64,000 nt of DNA, taken from NCBI GenBank assembly GCA_044892525.1, contig CM097888.1, positions 14,322,001 through 14,386,000 on the forward strand, in the 5' to 3' direction. Under the pieces are notes generated by a model, which saw nothing but the letters and a program-made list of their open reading frames with translations, had not been told where the DNA came from and searched no databases. This document shows positions 1-12,854 of this stretch, piece after piece (the stretch's first letter is position 1; the number at the start of each line of letters is the position of its first letter). This DNA is from Schmidtea polychroa. Lineage: Eukaryota. Position numbers and translations under genes: made by a program.

Positions 1-527
1 CAAGATTTATCAACTTATAATTATATTCGACAAAAACTATTTTTGAGGAAAAATATTTTGTAAATCCTTTTTTTATTTACTTTTTGGTATTTTAATTTGT
101 ATAACGTTGGTGTGCAAACTAACGATTCATAATTTGTCAGACACTATGAATTTACAATAATTTGGAATATTTTTGGATTTTTTATAATTTAATTTCTATA
201 TTTTTCAACTTAAATTTACTTTCATTATATTTTATTGGCAAATATAAATTCGATTTTTTAAAAATTGGGGAATACAGTCAACTCTCTATATTATGAACAC
301 GTGCGTAAGCTGCAATGATTATGTTCATTTTAAACAAAATATGAACACATCAACATAAAATGAAAAACAATGAGCAAATCTGTTTTATTTATTTTTATTA
401 ACTAAATAATCGGTCATTTTAAATTTCTTTTTTCTTCCTAAATTTCTGTAGTTCATCTTTAACCTCTTAACTGGTTTATTTCGTCATACGAAATGCGCTT
501 CTCGGCGGCGAGTTTTGTTATCCGCTA

Positions 528-529
<2 letters not shown>

Positions 530-583
<54 letters not shown>
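530..583. repeat. (TA)n microsatellite, about 26 units
   Basis: Perfect TA run read directly. Confidence 0.97.
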
Positions 584-586
<3 letters not shown>

Positions 587-599
587 TTGGGCATAGTGT

Positions 600-2462
600 T
601 GTTGTGTTATTGAGTTGGTGATAAAATTAAATGTTTTACTCTGACTACCAGCTTGTCTTTGACTGATCCACTAATAACACTTGACAACAGAAATCTTTAT
701 TGATAATCACAAATAAACTTTCACTTTACACTGACAATCAATTAAACACTCTACTTGATGACTATACAATGCTTATTACAACACTCAATGAGGAATAGCA
801 CTTGCGTATACACCAAACACCACTGAGATACGTTCTCTATAGTGGTGGTTTGCGTGTAGAGTGATTGCTCACTCACCAATTTACTGATGAATTTTATAAA
901 TGGTTGTTGAGCAAAGTTGTCAGTAATTTGTTTTACGTATGTTTTACATCATGAAATTTATTTTAGCCATTTTAGAAATGGTTTTCAGGTAAGATATTAA
1001 ATTTAAAGTAAATTTTAAGACTTGAATTTTGATCCATATGGATATGAGATCATTATTCAAGTTCTTAAATATTACTTTTAATCAACAATATAATTATAAA
1101 TTATTTTTAATTAATTTTCAGGCTTTTTTTTAGGAATTTTATGTCTTTTATTAAAGTATTTTGGAATTATTTCGAAAAAATGTGAGTCCGACATATTTTT
1201 AATTATAATTAATTAAATAAATAAATCAATCAATGTATTTTTTTAAAACATTTTGGGAAAAATCGCTGATTAGAATAATTTTTTTAATTTTTGTAATTTT
1301 TTTTCTGAGCTCAATATGAGGGGATTCTTAAAGGAAATCAAATCTGGAGTAAAAAGATTTTGAACCAAATTCATCTGCTCTTGATATTTTCATTAAAAAT
1401 ATAATTTAAAAAATTGTCAACGATCTTTTTTTTTCTAAAAATTGTCTAAAATAGAATTATTATAGAAACGTATCTCATCGTTACAATTTTACGAATCAAA
1501 AGTTTGTATGTGTTTTTTATTATGTGTTGTGCTTGTGTGCATTTTTTAATTTTCCTTCCACTTTTCAGATTTCTATAATATAAGATGTATCTCATTGAGC
1601 TATAAATGAGAACATCAACGTGAAATCAAAGTAAGTATGTATGTTTCTATAATGTAAGATTATTGATTTTTTTGTTATATTATAGGAAATGCATCTCAGT
1701 GGTGTTTGGTGTAATACCGAATTAAAAGATCACAAATTACGGATTGGTTTATCAACTGGGACTTTGAGCTGGTTGTTTTCTTTCACCTTCTTCACCGATT
1801 TATTCAAATACTCAAGTAACTTCTTTTCGTTTAATTTTTCAACTAATTCTATTCTTCCAATCTTCTCCAATAATTATTCTTCACAATTATTTTCTTTACA
1901 ATTCTTTTTCACAAATCGTTTCTCCAATAACGTTTCGTTTGACGTTGTCTAATTTTGTCTCTAATTTTGTTTTTAATTTTGTTCCTACTTTTCCTAATTT
2001 TGTTTCAATTTGTGTCCACCAATTTCCGTTTATATAGTTTGTTTTATTTGTGGCACTGGAGACAGATTTTGTTTTTCCATTTTCATTTTCCTTTGTGTTC
2101 CCTGCTACGTCAGCCTTATCTCTAACAGATGTCGAGATATTTTACATTTTCCTTTTTTGTTAAGCCGCCTTCTCCCGGCAATTCCGCTATCTTTGACAGG
2201 CTGTCAAGATACAGCTTTTTCCCATATTTTGGTTTTCTGGAATTTGAAATTCCTCATTTATTTGTACTTCTTAATTAACAATGACATTTGTTTTAATTTC
2301 TTGTTTTTTTTCTTTTCTTTGATGTATCTTTCTCGTTTTTTATTTCTTTAAACTTCCGTTTTTTTTTCTGAGTTCCCATAGATCGTCCCGTTTGTCATAA
2401 AGATCTTCCCCCAGGTAATTTATTTATTTATTATGTTATTTATCATTTAGGTATCCTCAACA
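600..2462 (-). mobile_element. Solo LTR (TGTTGAG-type family) interrupted by a later insertion
   Basis: TGTTG at 600 and CTCAACA at 2456-2462, flanked by 4-bp GTGT on both sides. The reverse complement of ~2030-2460 resembles 62634-63000 (TGTTGAG(A/G)ATACCTAAATG, CTGACGTA, TATATAAA). Confidence 0.6.
950..1686 (-). repeat. Fragment of a dispersed Tc1-type non-autonomous repeat family
   Basis: Segments such as TTATGTGTTGTGCTTGTGTGC and TTTTCAGGCTTTTTTTTAGGAATTTT resemble, in reverse complement, the interior of the 56248-57185 element. Boundaries approximate. Confidence 0.4.
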
Positions 2463-3156
2463 GTGTTACAAAAAATAAAATAATATCTTATTGGATATTT
2501 ATTAAGATAATATTTTAACAAAAGTAATATTTATGATATATTTTTAACATATTTTGTCAATTTAGGTCAATTTAGTTGATGACGTATATATCCGTCATAG
2601 CCACTTAAGAGGTTAATAGTCCAAATTGTTTTATTTTCTGGCATATTTTGAAAAAATTATTTCTTCTGGTCTCTGATCATATCTCTTGCTTCGTACAATA
2701 AAGTAAATCTTTCAATTTCTATATTATCCGATTCTACATCATACGTGTTTTCAACATTTCATCACTTGAATTGGCAAAAATATTTTCAATAAATTGGTGG
2801 TCGTCATCAAAAGCTACATTGGTGTCGTATGGTATTGATTCAAAGTCATCACTAGAACTCAAAACATCAACTTTTTTTAACAGTTTTGGATTTTTGAATG
2901 AATTGTTGAAATAATTTATAATTGTTTCTTTTGAAATTTTAAATCGAACAGCAAGCGCCCTTTGAGTCATATTTGTTTTTCTTCATAATATTTCAATATA
3001 TCCTTTTTCTCTTTGATTGTTAAATTTATTCTCTTCTTAACATTGTTCAATGTTTATATTTAAAGGCTTGTTTTTACAATTATATTTAAACAAATAATAT
3101 TTTAATATTCACTGTCAACTGACAATTTCGTGAGTATCAACAAACATCGATATATT

Positions 3157-3222
3157 CAGTGGCGTAACTAGGGGGGGGGGGACATTTGTCCCCGGGCGCC
3201 AAAATTAGGGGGCGCAAAATTA
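3157..3222. mobile_element. hAT-like MITE terminus
   Basis: CAGTGGCGTAACTAG-G(n)-TGTCCCCGGGCGCC is a GC-rich end typical of hAT-type MITEs. No partner end was identified. Confidence 0.4.
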
Positions 3223-4112
3223 GGGAAGCCAATCTGGAACAAAAATTAAGTAATAAATTATTCTTAAGATCTAAGAGATTAATATATTTTTTATTACTTC
3301 ATTAGTTTCTTAGAATAGATGTGCGTGCATTCAGTTATTTGCAATATTTACTTATACGTGTATATTTAGTTATACGTGTAGTGTATAAATAAAAACACAA
3401 AAACTTTATTATTTTAAATTTTAGTACGTTTACGTTATAGTTAATCCATTTTTGGTCATAATACTAAAAAAAGGTAAGTGTTATAATATATATATACTTT
3501 ATTTATTCTCTACGTAAATAATACAAGACAAGTAGTTACTAAATTTGTAATTTTAAAAATTACATTGATTAACCGTGTTTTTTGTTATTCGTCATTAATA
3601 TTCTTTAAAAAAATTAAATTAAATATATATATATATATATTCTTCTGCCATATATATATACTTCTGCCATACCTTATAACGTTTCAAAACGAAATTAGTC
3701 AGTTTTAATATATTATCTCTATTTTTCGAGAACTAAAAAAGTTGTAAATTTTAATTCAGTAAATTGAATGAAATAGATTGAAATTTCAAAATTTTATTTT
3801 TAATTTTTTCAAAATCAATGTAAAAATCTTTTACCTCTGTGTCTGTGGAATAGTGGTAATTTTTTGTTTGTCTATATCTTAAAACTATGATAAATAGTGA
3901 TAATTCTTCTCAGACTTTGATTTTGAAACCAGGGCATTGATATTTTAGAATTGGTGTATTTCATATAAGAAAACCAGTTATTTTCGATATTTCCATGAGT
4001 AAAACGTGAGACAAACATCAAATTAAATCATATCAACATATTTTTTTGCACGGAGATTAAAAATGAGTTGTTTTACGAGGTTTACGATTATAGTCTAAGT
4101 CACTTTCACGAA

Positions 4113-4400
4113 TCAGGCCCCAAATATAATTTTCCACAACGTGCTTACTTTGATGTCCTTGGTATCGGCGTTCAAATTATTGTATATCCTAATGGAAGTG
4201 TTCTCCTGTTCCTCTGAGTATTCTCCAATGTCCTTGATGTTATTGAGATGAGCATCCAAGATATGAATTTTGGAGGACATCTTGCATCCCATATCATGCA
4301 TATACCAGAGTCTCTAAAAGCTTTACATTATTCTCAGCCATGCTGTTACTTAGCCGTGTGCAATATGCGTATGATTCCAAATCCTAACCAAAGCTGTTAC
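4113..4400 (-). pseudogene. Relic of a Chapaev/Transib-like (CMC) DDE transposase C-terminal region
   Basis: MGCKMSSKIHILDAHLNNIKDIGEYSEEQ resembles the GC-MS-KIH-L-SHL...LG-VSDEQGE motif of such transposases. The surrounding frame is broken. Confidence 0.45.
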
Positions 4401-7400
4401 ATTCTGACGTGTTCGGTGTTGAATAATAGATTATTAAACTAGGTTTTTCATTTAAATGGTGTTATTTATTTTATGTCTTCATTTCACTCCGATAAAATGT
4501 TAGCAAGTTTGATATCACTTACTATGTGGAATTTATTCCACTAATGATAAAATTTTGGGTTATTATATTAATACGACAGTGATTTAGAATCATGCAGACT
4601 TTGCTAATGGCGGTTCAGATTTTTGGATGAATTTCGGTTGATTAATCGCTTTGTTAACACAATCGCTCGGTATTTGTTGAGACTACTTCGTCTTCGTCTT
4701 GCTTTAGATTGAATTGTTTTATTAATCTATTATGCGCGTAATTTGAGATCTTACGAAGTCATTTAGGTATCTTGGAGTGATCAGTTACTGATAGATTTTC
4801 TCATTACTAGCTGTTATACTCCGTTTCAAAATCTTTGCACAGGGGTCCGCCCTTATTTTCCTGTCCTGAGTTTTGAGTCCCTTATAATACGGGTGTCGTT
4901 TGTACTATTTTTACCATTCGTACTACTCTCGAACCCTTTGAGAAGGAATACACCTTGATTCCCAGCTTTATTTAATCTATATTCGATCTTATTATAATAA
5001 TAATCTTTATTTAAACTATTCTTCTAAATATTTACGTAGGGTTCCGCCTTTATTTTCAAGTTTTATTTGGTCCACACCTTAGCTTATCATCACTTAATGT
5101 TATCCATCAAGATTTTTGAGCAGGAATCCACCATTATTTTCGTTGAGTTATTAGATCTATCTTATCTAATCATTATTCGAAATTATTGATTAAAATTTTT
5201 GGGCAGGGATTCGCCCTATCTTTAAGTTTGAAAATTAAGTCGTGAGGTTTATTTTTAAAGTTTGAGTAGGGATCTTCCCTTATTTAATTTACTCTTTTAC
5301 TTACATTCATCATTACTATTTAAGTTAACACTCAATTTTTTGTGCATGGATATGACCCTATTCTTAAGCTCTAAAGTTTATCGTGGTTAGTTAGACCTTC
5401 GCTTTCATCCTGTAATAGAAGTTATTAAGTTGAGTCAATCAGATATTAATTACTCGCCCCACATAGCCAAATTCCGAAATTCTGGAATAACATTACATTT
5501 TTAAAATTTATAAATAAATTTTACAAATATGTTTTATTGTTGTGGTTTTTGAAGGAAATGATAACACAATTTCATTCGAAAAAAATATGTCCACATTTAA
5601 TACATTTTAAGTATAACTTACAATAAATTTTATTGCATTCATTTTTATTGATTTTAATTAAAAAAATTATAATTAAAGAAAATATAAAGCAATTTTTCTC
5701 AAGTATATACGTCGTATTTTATGTATATTATGATAGAAACAATTTCTCAACACTGAAGATATTTGCTCTAACCAAGATCTATAAGCAAAATTGAAATTTT
5801 TAAGTAAGGGCTTGTAAAATAATTTTAAATTAATCCAAAAACTGGGGCAATTTGACTTTTAAACTCTATTGTTGGGGACATAGAGCATAACATGATGAGA
5901 AACACTGTTGTAGACCGTATATAATTTTCAATTAATTTTAGTTTTGAAAACGATCGTTCACAATGACCAAAGGTAATGTATATCTTTGTTTTCTCTCTCA
6001 ATTCGTGATTTTTTTACTATTGGAGAAGTTTTTCTAATGTATTTAATATTTAGGGCCCCGTGCGATTGCACTTGTTGGCGCTGGTTTTGATAGTATTCGA
6101 ATTTTCTAATTTCAAAAGACTAAACATTCAATAAAATTATATTTAATCACAAATAATAATAATAACTTTATTTTAGAAAGAATCAGTCATCCAAAAATAA
6201 TGTTGATTTTATTTTCTTTAAAGAGGAATTTTATTTTTTAATTGGAACGGAAAGAAAATACATATAAACAACATAAATAAGACTGGAATTAAAATTTATC
6301 GCAACATTGTTTTGAATTATTTAAAACAATATATTGAATTGTTTTTAGAATTTCGGGTTTATTAATGCCATGTCCTTCGCCATACAGTGGGATTTGAAAT
6401 TGTTTTCAAATAAAATATCGAGTGTTATGATTTATCTGATACAGAAAATTAAAGTCGTATCAAATTTTTAAGAGAATATTTATATAACTTTTATATTTTA
6501 GAATTTAAAATTTTAAAAATACCCCTTTTTGGGTTAAATTATAATCCAGAAAAATTAATGAATAAAAAATACTAATAAAAAATTTTAAATACACATCTAG
6601 GACATTTAATTCCAAGAAAAGGTTTATTAGACAAAACTTTCAAAAGGTAAATTAAACTTGTTCAGCAACGTTTTATAAAAGGAGATATTTTCAACATTAA
6701 CTAAAAAACTCGATAAATGTTAGTAAGTAATAAAATAAAATTTCAAATAAATTATTAATTAAAAATACCTGATAGGCATGAGAATAAAATAATAAAAAAT
6801 ATTTTCTGTGTCTTGATAAGCATTATGAAATATGAAAATAAAACTCCATACTCTAATCAATATTCATTTTTAATAAGAATTTGCTCGATTGTGATTGGTT
6901 GCAATAATTTCTGAGGAAAAAGAAAATTTTCATTAATTTCAAACAAAAAGAATGCTGTGTATTTTTTATGTTCTAAAAATTTTTATATATATTAGCTTTG
7001 AAAGAAGTCTTTCATTTTTAAACTTATGAAAATAAGAAAAATCTTTGTTAATACTTCTTCATTTATTAATACTTATTCAGTTTTCTTTTTTTCTTTTTCT
7101 TGAACACAGTTCAAACTCAAACCATACACCAATTTGCTGACCTGTAGAGTGATTTTTTTCTCACGCCGAACAATTTTTAGTATTATTTCTACTTCAACAA
7201 CTGACATTGGCTAATTGATGTAATATTTCTGCATTCCTCCTTCGCAAAATGCATCGATACGTACTTCATAACTCATCTTTTCAAGAGTCGTCTTCGTAGA
7301 ATTCTGAACGGTAGTTAATATTGGTAAGTAGCCTGACAGTAATCTCTAGTACCATATAAAATTAGATAAGTTGAAAATAACCCTTGTTGTTGTTGTACAT

Positions 7401-7734
7401 TGTAAAAGCTTCTTTTTTTTCTTTTGCCCCATTTGCTTGCAAGCTACAACTTGAAAAGAAATCCTAAGCTGATTATATTCAACAAATTGTAGTCGCTTTC
7501 TTTTCCTATAAAGAAAGATGTGATTTGTAAAAAAATCTGTACGTTGCAGTTATTAATTACTATGTTTCAATTCCAAATTTTATTTTAATTTTCTGTTATT
7601 AATTCTAATAGCTTATTAGTTTATATTAAATGAATATATTTTCCATTCGAAATTTTTACATCACTTCCTGAAGCATATTAAGACTTTTGGATCATGACAA
7701 TAATTTTCACCCTAATATATTAAAAATTTATAAA

Positions 7735-7850
7735 CAGCAGTTCAGGTGTAAACACTGAAGCTGTTAAATCCTTAAACAATAAATTAAAATCTGAAATCAG
7801 GAGAAGAAAAGGAATCAAGACAAATAAAAGATCGGTGTTTTAAAGGAATT
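7735..7850 (+). pseudogene. Merlin/ISXO2-like transposase relic
   Basis: Translation SSSGVNTEAVKSLNNKLKSEIRRRKGIKTNKRSVF* resembles the GVHT-AIES-N...K-EIK-RKG motif. Confidence 0.45.
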
Positions 7851-8207
7851 TTGTTACATCTTTAATTATAGAGTTAATTTTTTTGGTGCAATATTGATTT
7901 TATTAAAAGTCAAACCCTCAATTTGCGATAAATTAATAAATTTTCTATTTATTTATTGAAATGTAATTTATGGTACATACCATAAATCTGGTATATAAAA
8001 TTCGAATCGTTGTCTTATAATTTCAATATAAATAAAATACTAATATTTGAAACAAAGTTTTAAGCATTAAAAAATGCATAAAAATAACTCTTTGGTAATC
8101 AAGATTGCTTCTGGTTATAAATATATATTTAAAAATTAAAGATAAACTTTTAACACTTTCAATACGATTTTTTTATTTTAATAATTCATGTAATATTTAT
8201 AGCACAA

Positions 8208-8294
8208 AATTTCAAGAAATTCATAGATGAAAGCTCTTTCAATACATGGACGAACAAGAGATTCGGTAGATCACGAGTAGGCAATCGAATTTAT
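8208..8294 (+). pseudogene. Tc1/IS630-like transposase fragment (first catalytic Asp motif)
   Basis: Translation NFKKFIDESSFNTWTNKRFGRSRVGNR. A near-identical frameshifted copy lies at ~42942-43025. Confidence 0.55.
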
Positions 8295-9202
8295 AGTATA
8301 ATAAATTTTCCTTCTCTTGATAACTATTTCTGTCTAATTTTGTTTGTGTGATAACTGTTTGATTTTCACTATCTCAGTGTTACCTTCCTTTTGATTTTAT
8401 GTTGGTATTTACATGCAAACCCATATCTTCTATTTTAGTAAAATATTGAATTAAATAACTAAAGTAAATTAAATTTTAAATTATATATAAATAAATATTT
8501 ATGAGTTTTATTTTAGATAATATGACTCAATGAAATATGAACATTAATTCCAAAGATAGACGAAATCCTTTAAATGGTAACTTATTATTAATGAATATTT
8601 CAAATTAATTTTATTATTTTAGATACTAATACGATTATTTTAAGATCCCCATTGACTGGTAATTTGAATAATTGAATAAATGTGGAAGATGGTAACTTAA
8701 TTATTATTTTTACAGATTAAATTTATTATATTATTGTTGGGCCAAGCTCCGAAGGTGTTGAAAAAACGAACCGAGGAAGGGATAGAGTAAAATAAAATAA
8801 AAACATATAAAAAATACGAGAAACATAGGAGGAAACAAATTAAATATCCAACAAAGAAATTAGAAAAACTAAATAAAATAACAAAACCTCTAAAGGAAAA
8901 ATAAGACAAGAGGGAAGGCACCTAATAAACGACAGTAAAAGAAAAAAAAATAAAATAGCAGAAAATCTAAGAAAAATGAAGAAAAACAAAATAAAAAATC
9001 ATCCATAAGGCTAATTAAAACAAAAAATGAAGTTACAATAAAATAACAACAAAACCACAGGAAAAACAGATAAAATAATAAAAAATAGGAAAATAAATAA
9101 AATAATAATAAAAATAGGAAAAAGTCATTAAAATACACCTGATTACATTAAAAAACATAAAAATTATAATAAACAATAATATTACATGCAAGTCGCGTCC
9201 TG

Positions 9203-9255
9203 ATTGGACGAAAAGTAATATATAAAGAGCGACAAAAATCTGTAGAGTATCATTC
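9203..9255 (+). promoter_or_regulatory. Candidate LTR core promoter (inverted CCAAT, TATA, Inr)
   Basis: ATTGG at 9203-9207, TATATAAA at 9219-9226 and TCATTC at 9250-9255, with the Inr A 33 nt after the TATA start. Duplicated at 35415-35467. Confidence 0.55.
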
Positions 9256-11533
9256 TAACCCGAAACTCTACAGGTAAAATTTTATCCTTTATATAATCAT
9301 TCTAACCCGAAACTCTACAGGAAAACTAGGAGCAACTCACAAGCACAGATTATTGAACCATATTCATACATCGGATAACATATACATTTACCGGAGATCG
9401 AATTCAGTTAAGCCGAACGAGTCTATCTAAAGAAAACTTATATTACTTTGATCTAACACCTTCGGAGATTTTTGGTAAATTATGTTTTTAGATTTTAGTA
9501 TGATGATTTAAATATTTATTATGAATTTAACAAGACGTTTATAATCCAATAAATTTCATATTTTAAACGAAGGTGTTGCTTTCTCTCTATGATGCTGGCG
9601 ACGACGTCCTCTGGAGTCCGGGTATGATGCAGTTGGATTTTTCGAACGTCCTACGGAGAGGACATTTACGAATATGAACTCAGGAAATTGAAGTGATAGA
9701 ACCAGCCCAAGATCCATATGAATTTAGAAACTAAAGTGATTACTTAATGAATAAGAGATTTATATTAACTAGAGTCATCATGCCCGGAATCCAAATGTCG
9801 TGGTCGCCAGGTGAACATTTATTTAATTGATTTCCTCATAATTCCATTATTTCTATATTGTTTTATTGAATAATTAAATTGTATTATTGCACATTTATTG
9901 AGAATGGAGTTGCGATGAGACGGGTCGAGTCGTCCTTCACACCGGTCCAAGAGCAGTGGGCAGAGATGCGTACTGCCTTGGGTGGGTTGTGAGGAGCGAG
10001 GAAACCATGTGAGATTTAACAAATCAAGTAATTGATTCTTTCATCGAGTGTAATCCACCCATCTTAGTCGTCGAAAACCATCCAATGCAGAAACTTCTGA
10101 GTGACATAGTTTGAATCAACGATACCTTGGGAACTCCAGGAGATATACCATTAAAACTATCATCAGCATTGTGTCCAATCACGTAATTAAATAATCTTTG
10201 ATTTTGAGCCATATTCGTCTTGCATTGAGAAAAGTGACTGTTAGAATGTCTGCCGGAAGGAGTTATTAATTTCGAGTTTTTACGAGAGATTCTCTGTACT
10301 AAGCCCATTTCGTATCTTACAATCTGAAGGTGCTTTGGAAGCTACACCGCCGGGAGGTTAGCGAATAGATCCATCGTCTTGCTTATCGTCGACTCCGAGG
10401 AGACTTAATGATCGACCAACGTCTAGCCGCTGTCATTGATAATAGCTCGATTTAGACATGAACGTAAACATCTCTGGATAGTAGATTAAGACACTGACTG
10501 TGAGTCCGAAAGAAACGGTCGCCAGCAACATCGAGTGAGCGTAGTAGACCGCCGGGAAATCGATTGATAAGATATCTGAAGCCTCAATTCTGAGCGAACG
10601 AGTTGACAGTCTTTATCTCAAAACCAATTAGTAGAGAAAAATCTAAATATAAAATCAATCTTATCTAGTAGATTCGCAATTAACCCACACAATTAGATTC
10701 ATGTGATTTCTGTGACACTCTCTCAGACTCCAACCTATCTAGAAAATCAGCCAGCGATATCATGTCTAGTGTGCAGATAGTGGATAGATTTACATCATAA
10801 TTACATAATGGTAGCAGGGGAGATGGCTAGGCTACATGTACAATCCGATAGCGAGATTACGTCACATTGAATGGTAGAATTGCTGCCCAGTCCAAGAACA
10901 CACATCGATGATAAATTGTACAATGCATGCATATGAACCGACCTGACGACATCTGTTAGCATACATAAAAAGAAAAACTAACACACCACTACTCACAAAC
11001 AAGCGTCGTTATGACGACATTTATGTCGCAAGATTTAAGGTGATCAAATAGCAAATTATGATAAGACTTAAATTGAATTTTGCGGTTCTTTTGTGAAGCC
11101 GATCACGACGTTTAAAACCCAATAGTCACCAGTCATACCGAACTAGGTTTTTGCGACACAACTCGCGCGTAATTTCAGGAATATAGTAGCGCGGGGAGTG
11201 GGGATGCTATTGCTAGGGAAGGATAATTATAATAAATTCGACTGTGATAAATTAATAAAAGCACATTAAATAAAAATGGCCAATTTCAGAAAGATAAACA
11301 TAAAGTCAAAGTTATGATAAATGTATTATTTCGAGTAATTCCGTTTTCTTTTTTCTCTATCAGTATGGATGCTTGCGGACAAATGAGTGTAAATGTTGAC
11401 CAGTGATAAGGGTAAGTGGGTCATTGTCGAGTAGGATGATTGGAAATAGGGTAAAAATTGTAGTCAAAATTTGGAAACGACACGCCAACGATTTTTTTTA
11501 ACTCTACAATTAACAAAACGTCTTGATCTTTAG

Positions 11534-12295
11534 ATGCCTGCTTCAACCGCTTCGAACAAGGATCTTCGTCCATGCTTCTCCTGCGCAGATAAAAACGCAG
11601 TCATAGCCCAACTCCACTTATATATCGGGGCACTGAAAAAGAGAATTGATCTCTATGAAGGCACGTGGTTCTCCCCGCCACAAATGAAGGAGGAGCGCAG
11701 TAAAATTCTTCGGTTGGAACATTGCCGGGACAGCCTCCTAGAGGAGAGTCGCTGTCAAAGATTGACGATCAAGGCGCAATCGGAAGCCCTCCACAAGGTC
11801 TATACGGAGGCAGAATTGGCCAAACGGGTACGAGAATTTCCCGTCTTGGAGGCCAGCAATGTTTTTCCAACTCATCACCAAAGTATTTCCACCGCTACAA
11901 CCAGTTGTTTGGGGCACGGCTCCTATCTGCCGCCTGTTCCAGCACCGGCCTTATACAGTCATCAGCCGCCGGTAGGTGGTCCATCCGACCCTATCTTGGC
12001 TCCAGTTTTAGTGACATCCGTTACAGCACCCGATGCGGACAGTCGCCAACCACAGCGTAAAAGAAAACGGCCGACCCGAGCCGCCAAAAACCAAAGACGT
12101 CGAGAGGCAATCGCGGCTCTCGAGGCGTCGTTATCTGTGGCCAAGTCTTCTCTGGAAAAGTTATCGTCGATACCCTCTATCCCCACAAAGGAGATATTCC
12201 GGGTGATCTCACCCGATGGGGTCCAGCTCGTGCGAGACCGTCGGTTACCGGTTGACATCGACGAGATGATCGCCGAAGGGGAAGTTTTCCCATAA
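11534..12295 (+). CDS. LTR-encoded 253-aa protein (CxxC, coiled coil, Pro-rich linker, Arg-rich motif)
   Basis: ATG directly after TTTAG. The protein is identical in both LTRs, and a diverged homolog exists at 55073-55791 (-). Confidence 0.7.
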   Translation: MPASTASNKDLRPCFSCADKNAVIAQLHLYIGALKKRIDLYEGTWFSPPQMKEERSKILRLEHCRDSLLEESRCQRLTIKAQSEALHKVYTEAELAKRVREFPVLEASNVFPTHHQSISTATTSCLGHGSYLPPVPAPALYSHQPPVGGPSDPILAPVLVTSVTAPDADSRQPQRKRKRPTRAAKNQRRREAIAALEASLSVAKSSLEKLSSIPSIPTKEIFRVISPDGVQLVRDRRLPVDIDEMIAEGEVFP

Positions 12296-12836
12296 TTGGA
12301 CGTGTCGATTTACCCATCTCTCATCCGACGCGATCAAGCTCAACAATCTTTATGAATGACTTAGATGATGCGTGCTTGTACTCTCCTACGTGTTGTGATC
12401 TACAATTTGTGTTCATATGTATCCTCAATTTCATTAATATAATCATAGTATTCGTTATGTTGTCCCGTAAAAGTTATAGAGTAATGAGTGATGTCTTGAT
12501 GAATGAATTGGAATGACCATTGGAGAATGTGGGTCGTCCCCTTGGACCAGGGTCGTACCCAGAATGCATGACGAGTATGGGTAAGACCTTCTTAGGCACC
12601 GGGGAACCTGAACTGAGAGTGGGTCCGTAGTAGTCCTAAGGCAGGGGCTCACCTGCAGATCAACTCCGACCCGTGTGAGCAGCACCAACGTGGGTAGATC
12701 ATCACGGGCTCACATGAGGGAATATTTGTAAATCATGCGGGTTATGTGGGGGAAGGGCCCCGAGCTAAAGGAACATGAGGCCAGCTGCACTACGAATGTC
12801 CGTTTGACTCCTCCCATATACGCCCAACATGATTTT

Positions 12837-12854
12837 TGGGGGCTCAGCCGGGAT
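12837..12854 (+). promoter_or_regulatory. Primer-binding site, tRNA-Pro-like
   Basis: TGGGGGCTCAGCCGGGAT matches 16/18 of the standard tRNA-Pro PBS TGGGGGCTCGTCCGGGAT. It begins 7 nt after the LTR end. Confidence 0.85.

Larger units (their letters stand above)
463..2612. mobile_element. Non-autonomous piggyBac-like element containing nested insertions
   Basis: TTAA (459-462) | CCTCTTAACTGG ... CCACTTAAGAGG | TTAA (2613-2616). The 12-bp TIR matches 11/12 and there is a TTAA target duplication. No transposase ORF. Confidence 0.7.
8735..12829 (+). repeat. 5' LTR (4095 bp)
   Basis: Starts TGTTGGGCCAAG and ends CGCCCAACA. Matches 34946-39041 at offset 26211/26212. Confidence 0.96.

Noticed and set aside
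1689-2351. Phe/Leu-rich ORFs resembling membrane proteins (also 62770-62973)
   Set aside because: They are antisense readings of A-rich LTR sequence.
8697-10308. Short ORFs in the LTR (8697, 8890, 9819, 10024 and their 3' LTR copies)
   Set aside because: They are low-complexity or motif-free, and duplicated only because the LTR is duplicated.
11722-12258. Overlapping 112-aa (+) and 98-aa (-) ORFs within the LTR ORF
   Set aside because: Only the 253-aa frame is conserved in the diverged homolog at 55 kb.
12837-12854. tRNA gene
   Set aside because: Only an 18-nt complement to a tRNA 3' end is present (the PBS), with no cloverleaf.
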